A stretch of DNA of 64,000 nucleotides from positions 16,736 through 80,735 of the forward strand of contig JBIOZG010000028.1 of the NCBI GenBank assembly GCA_044870765.1. Direction: 5' to 3'. This stretch comes from Nitrososphaeraceae archaeon. GTDB lineage: Archaea > Thermoproteota > Nitrososphaeria > Nitrososphaerales > Nitrososphaeraceae. Below the pieces are notes generated by a model, which saw only the letters and a list, made by a program, of their open reading frames with translations, made no database searches and had not been told where the DNA came from. Of the stretch, positions 62,915 through 64,000 are shown piece by piece (within the stretch, counting starts at the first letter, position 1; every line of letters starts with the position of its first letter). Position numbers and translations under genes: made by a program.

Positions 62915-63309
62915 CGCAACTAATCTGGGACAAAGAATATACTCTACCCAGGAACGAACTTAATCATCTTTGGACCAGCGATAGATTGGCGGATGAATTC
63001 TTTCTATGTCTCTGTCTGAAAGGAAAATATTACAATCAGGCTGTCGACTTGATGTTTAGAATACCATTAACTGAGCAATTTCCTAAATCAGAAGAGGAAG
63101 CACTTGTCTTTGAAATTGATTTTTGCGATCTGTCACCAAAGGTTCAAAATGAATTTGTGGAATATGGTCGACTATATTCCAAGAAGGAAATCACAGTATT
63201 TTTGAAACGAATTGTAATACGGATATTTCAGAATTTAGACTTTGCATACGCGCATATGTCTGTGATGAAGAAGTTACGGGTCGAGTTGCTTAAGGGGCAT
63301 TGTAGATGA
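62911..63309 (+). CDS. Hypothetical protein of the element
   Basis: 132 aa; ATGA overlap with the MCM gene. Confidence 0.65.
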   Translation: MTQLIWDKEYTLPRNELNHLWTSDRLADEFFLCLCLKGKYYNQAVDLMFRIPLTEQFPKSEEEALVFEIDFCDLSPKVQNEFVEYGRLYSKKEITVFLKRIVIRIFQNLDFAYAHMSVMKKLRVELLKGHCR

Positions 63310-63941
63310 AAGAAGATATTTTTGGTATTTATGGTTCAGGATTTGAGAACCAAGAAGATACTAAACCCCTATCTGTTTTGGCGGCCAAAAGGATACATGG
63401 CGGCAAAATCGCTGTCTTAGGGACGATAGTCTCTGTTTCTGAAATGTATGTATTGCAAGTTGCCAATCCGGTCGAAGGCAGACCAGAATATAAGGATGCA
63501 AAATCGATTCAATTAGAAGATACTGAAAACCTCGATGAAAATGAGCGGCTTGACGTAGTGCTATATGATGAAATGGTAAAGAATGTCGTTGCGGGCGAAA
63601 TAGTCAAGATTTGCGGGAATATCCGCATTGAAGATAAGAAAAATGGCAGGTCTAATAAAAAATACACCGTTTTACACGCCACATCGATAGAATATTTGAA
63701 CAGAAAAGAGGTCCTTGTTACTGACATAGATATCAAGTGTTTTGAAGTATTTGCCAAATTGCCACGGCTGTTAGATAGAATTACATCAATGTTTGCACCC
63801 AATATAATAGGACACGATGATGTAAAACGCGGTTTACTACGTTCAATTGTTGGCGGGATAGATCGTGGTAAAAAAAGCGGTGGCAGAATAGATACTTTGT
63901 TGGTAGGTGATCCCGGAACAGCAAAAAGCAAATTGTGTTGA
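63306..63941 (+). pseudogene. MCM-family helicase truncated after Walker A
   Basis: OB-fold-like N-terminus, FAPNIIGHDDVKRGLL..IVGG, RIDTLLVGDPGTAKS, then TGA. Confidence 0.8.
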
Positions 63942-64000
63942 ATCCACCCATGCCGCCGCCCGGTTTTCCGAAACTTTTATTTTTGCTCATGTCTTACTCC

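Larger units (their letters stand above)
62200..63941 (+). mobile_element. Remnant of an integrated element/provirus next to tRNA-Pro (left boundary approximate)
   Basis: AbrB + ATGA-coupled small ORFs + MCM-type helicase; no integrase or att site visible in the window. Confidence 0.65.

Noticed and set aside
522-63931. Many 60-175 aa ORFs antisense to or overlapping confident genes (e.g. 40779..41303, 37638..38069, 26709..27161, 63509..63931)
   Set aside because: Shadow frames of real genes with no motifs of their own
63900-63941. Intein in MCM Walker A
   Set aside because: The frame stops immediately after KSKLC; no intein sequence follows

Overview
AT-rich archaeal DNA with the gene content of an ammonia-oxidising archaeon (Nitrososphaeraceae-like Thaumarchaeota; inferred from serS-pcc1-DHH-rps15, aIF1, Sec61beta, endA, PINA ATPase, putative amoY/amoZ). 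There are three zones. (1) About 0-20.3 kb is an accessory region with a DinG-like helicase, PolX-PHP, a radical SAM enzyme and many secreted proteins (2 metallophosphoesterases, NHL, 3 CHRD, a tandem AlgG-like beta-helix, RTX). It also holds several gene remnants, a probable ~1 kb inversion and a family of dispersed intergenic CTGGTGG...CCACCAG hairpins. (2) About 20.3-62 kb is mostly core metabolism: translation genes, purEK, purFLQ, hom and pyrDK. It also has a two-domain SDR resembling Chloroflexus malonyl-CoA reductase, egtB/egtD abutting an ebo-like five-gene operon, a glutamate-racemase homologue with both catalytic Cys replaced by Ser, and putative amoZ-Znf-amoY followed by a P-II gene. 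(3) tRNA-Pro(TGG) is followed by a decaying integrated element (AbrB, small ORFs, MCM helicase truncated just after Walker A) that ends at an abrupt junction near the window edge. All family calls come from motif recognition by eye; no database searches were run.
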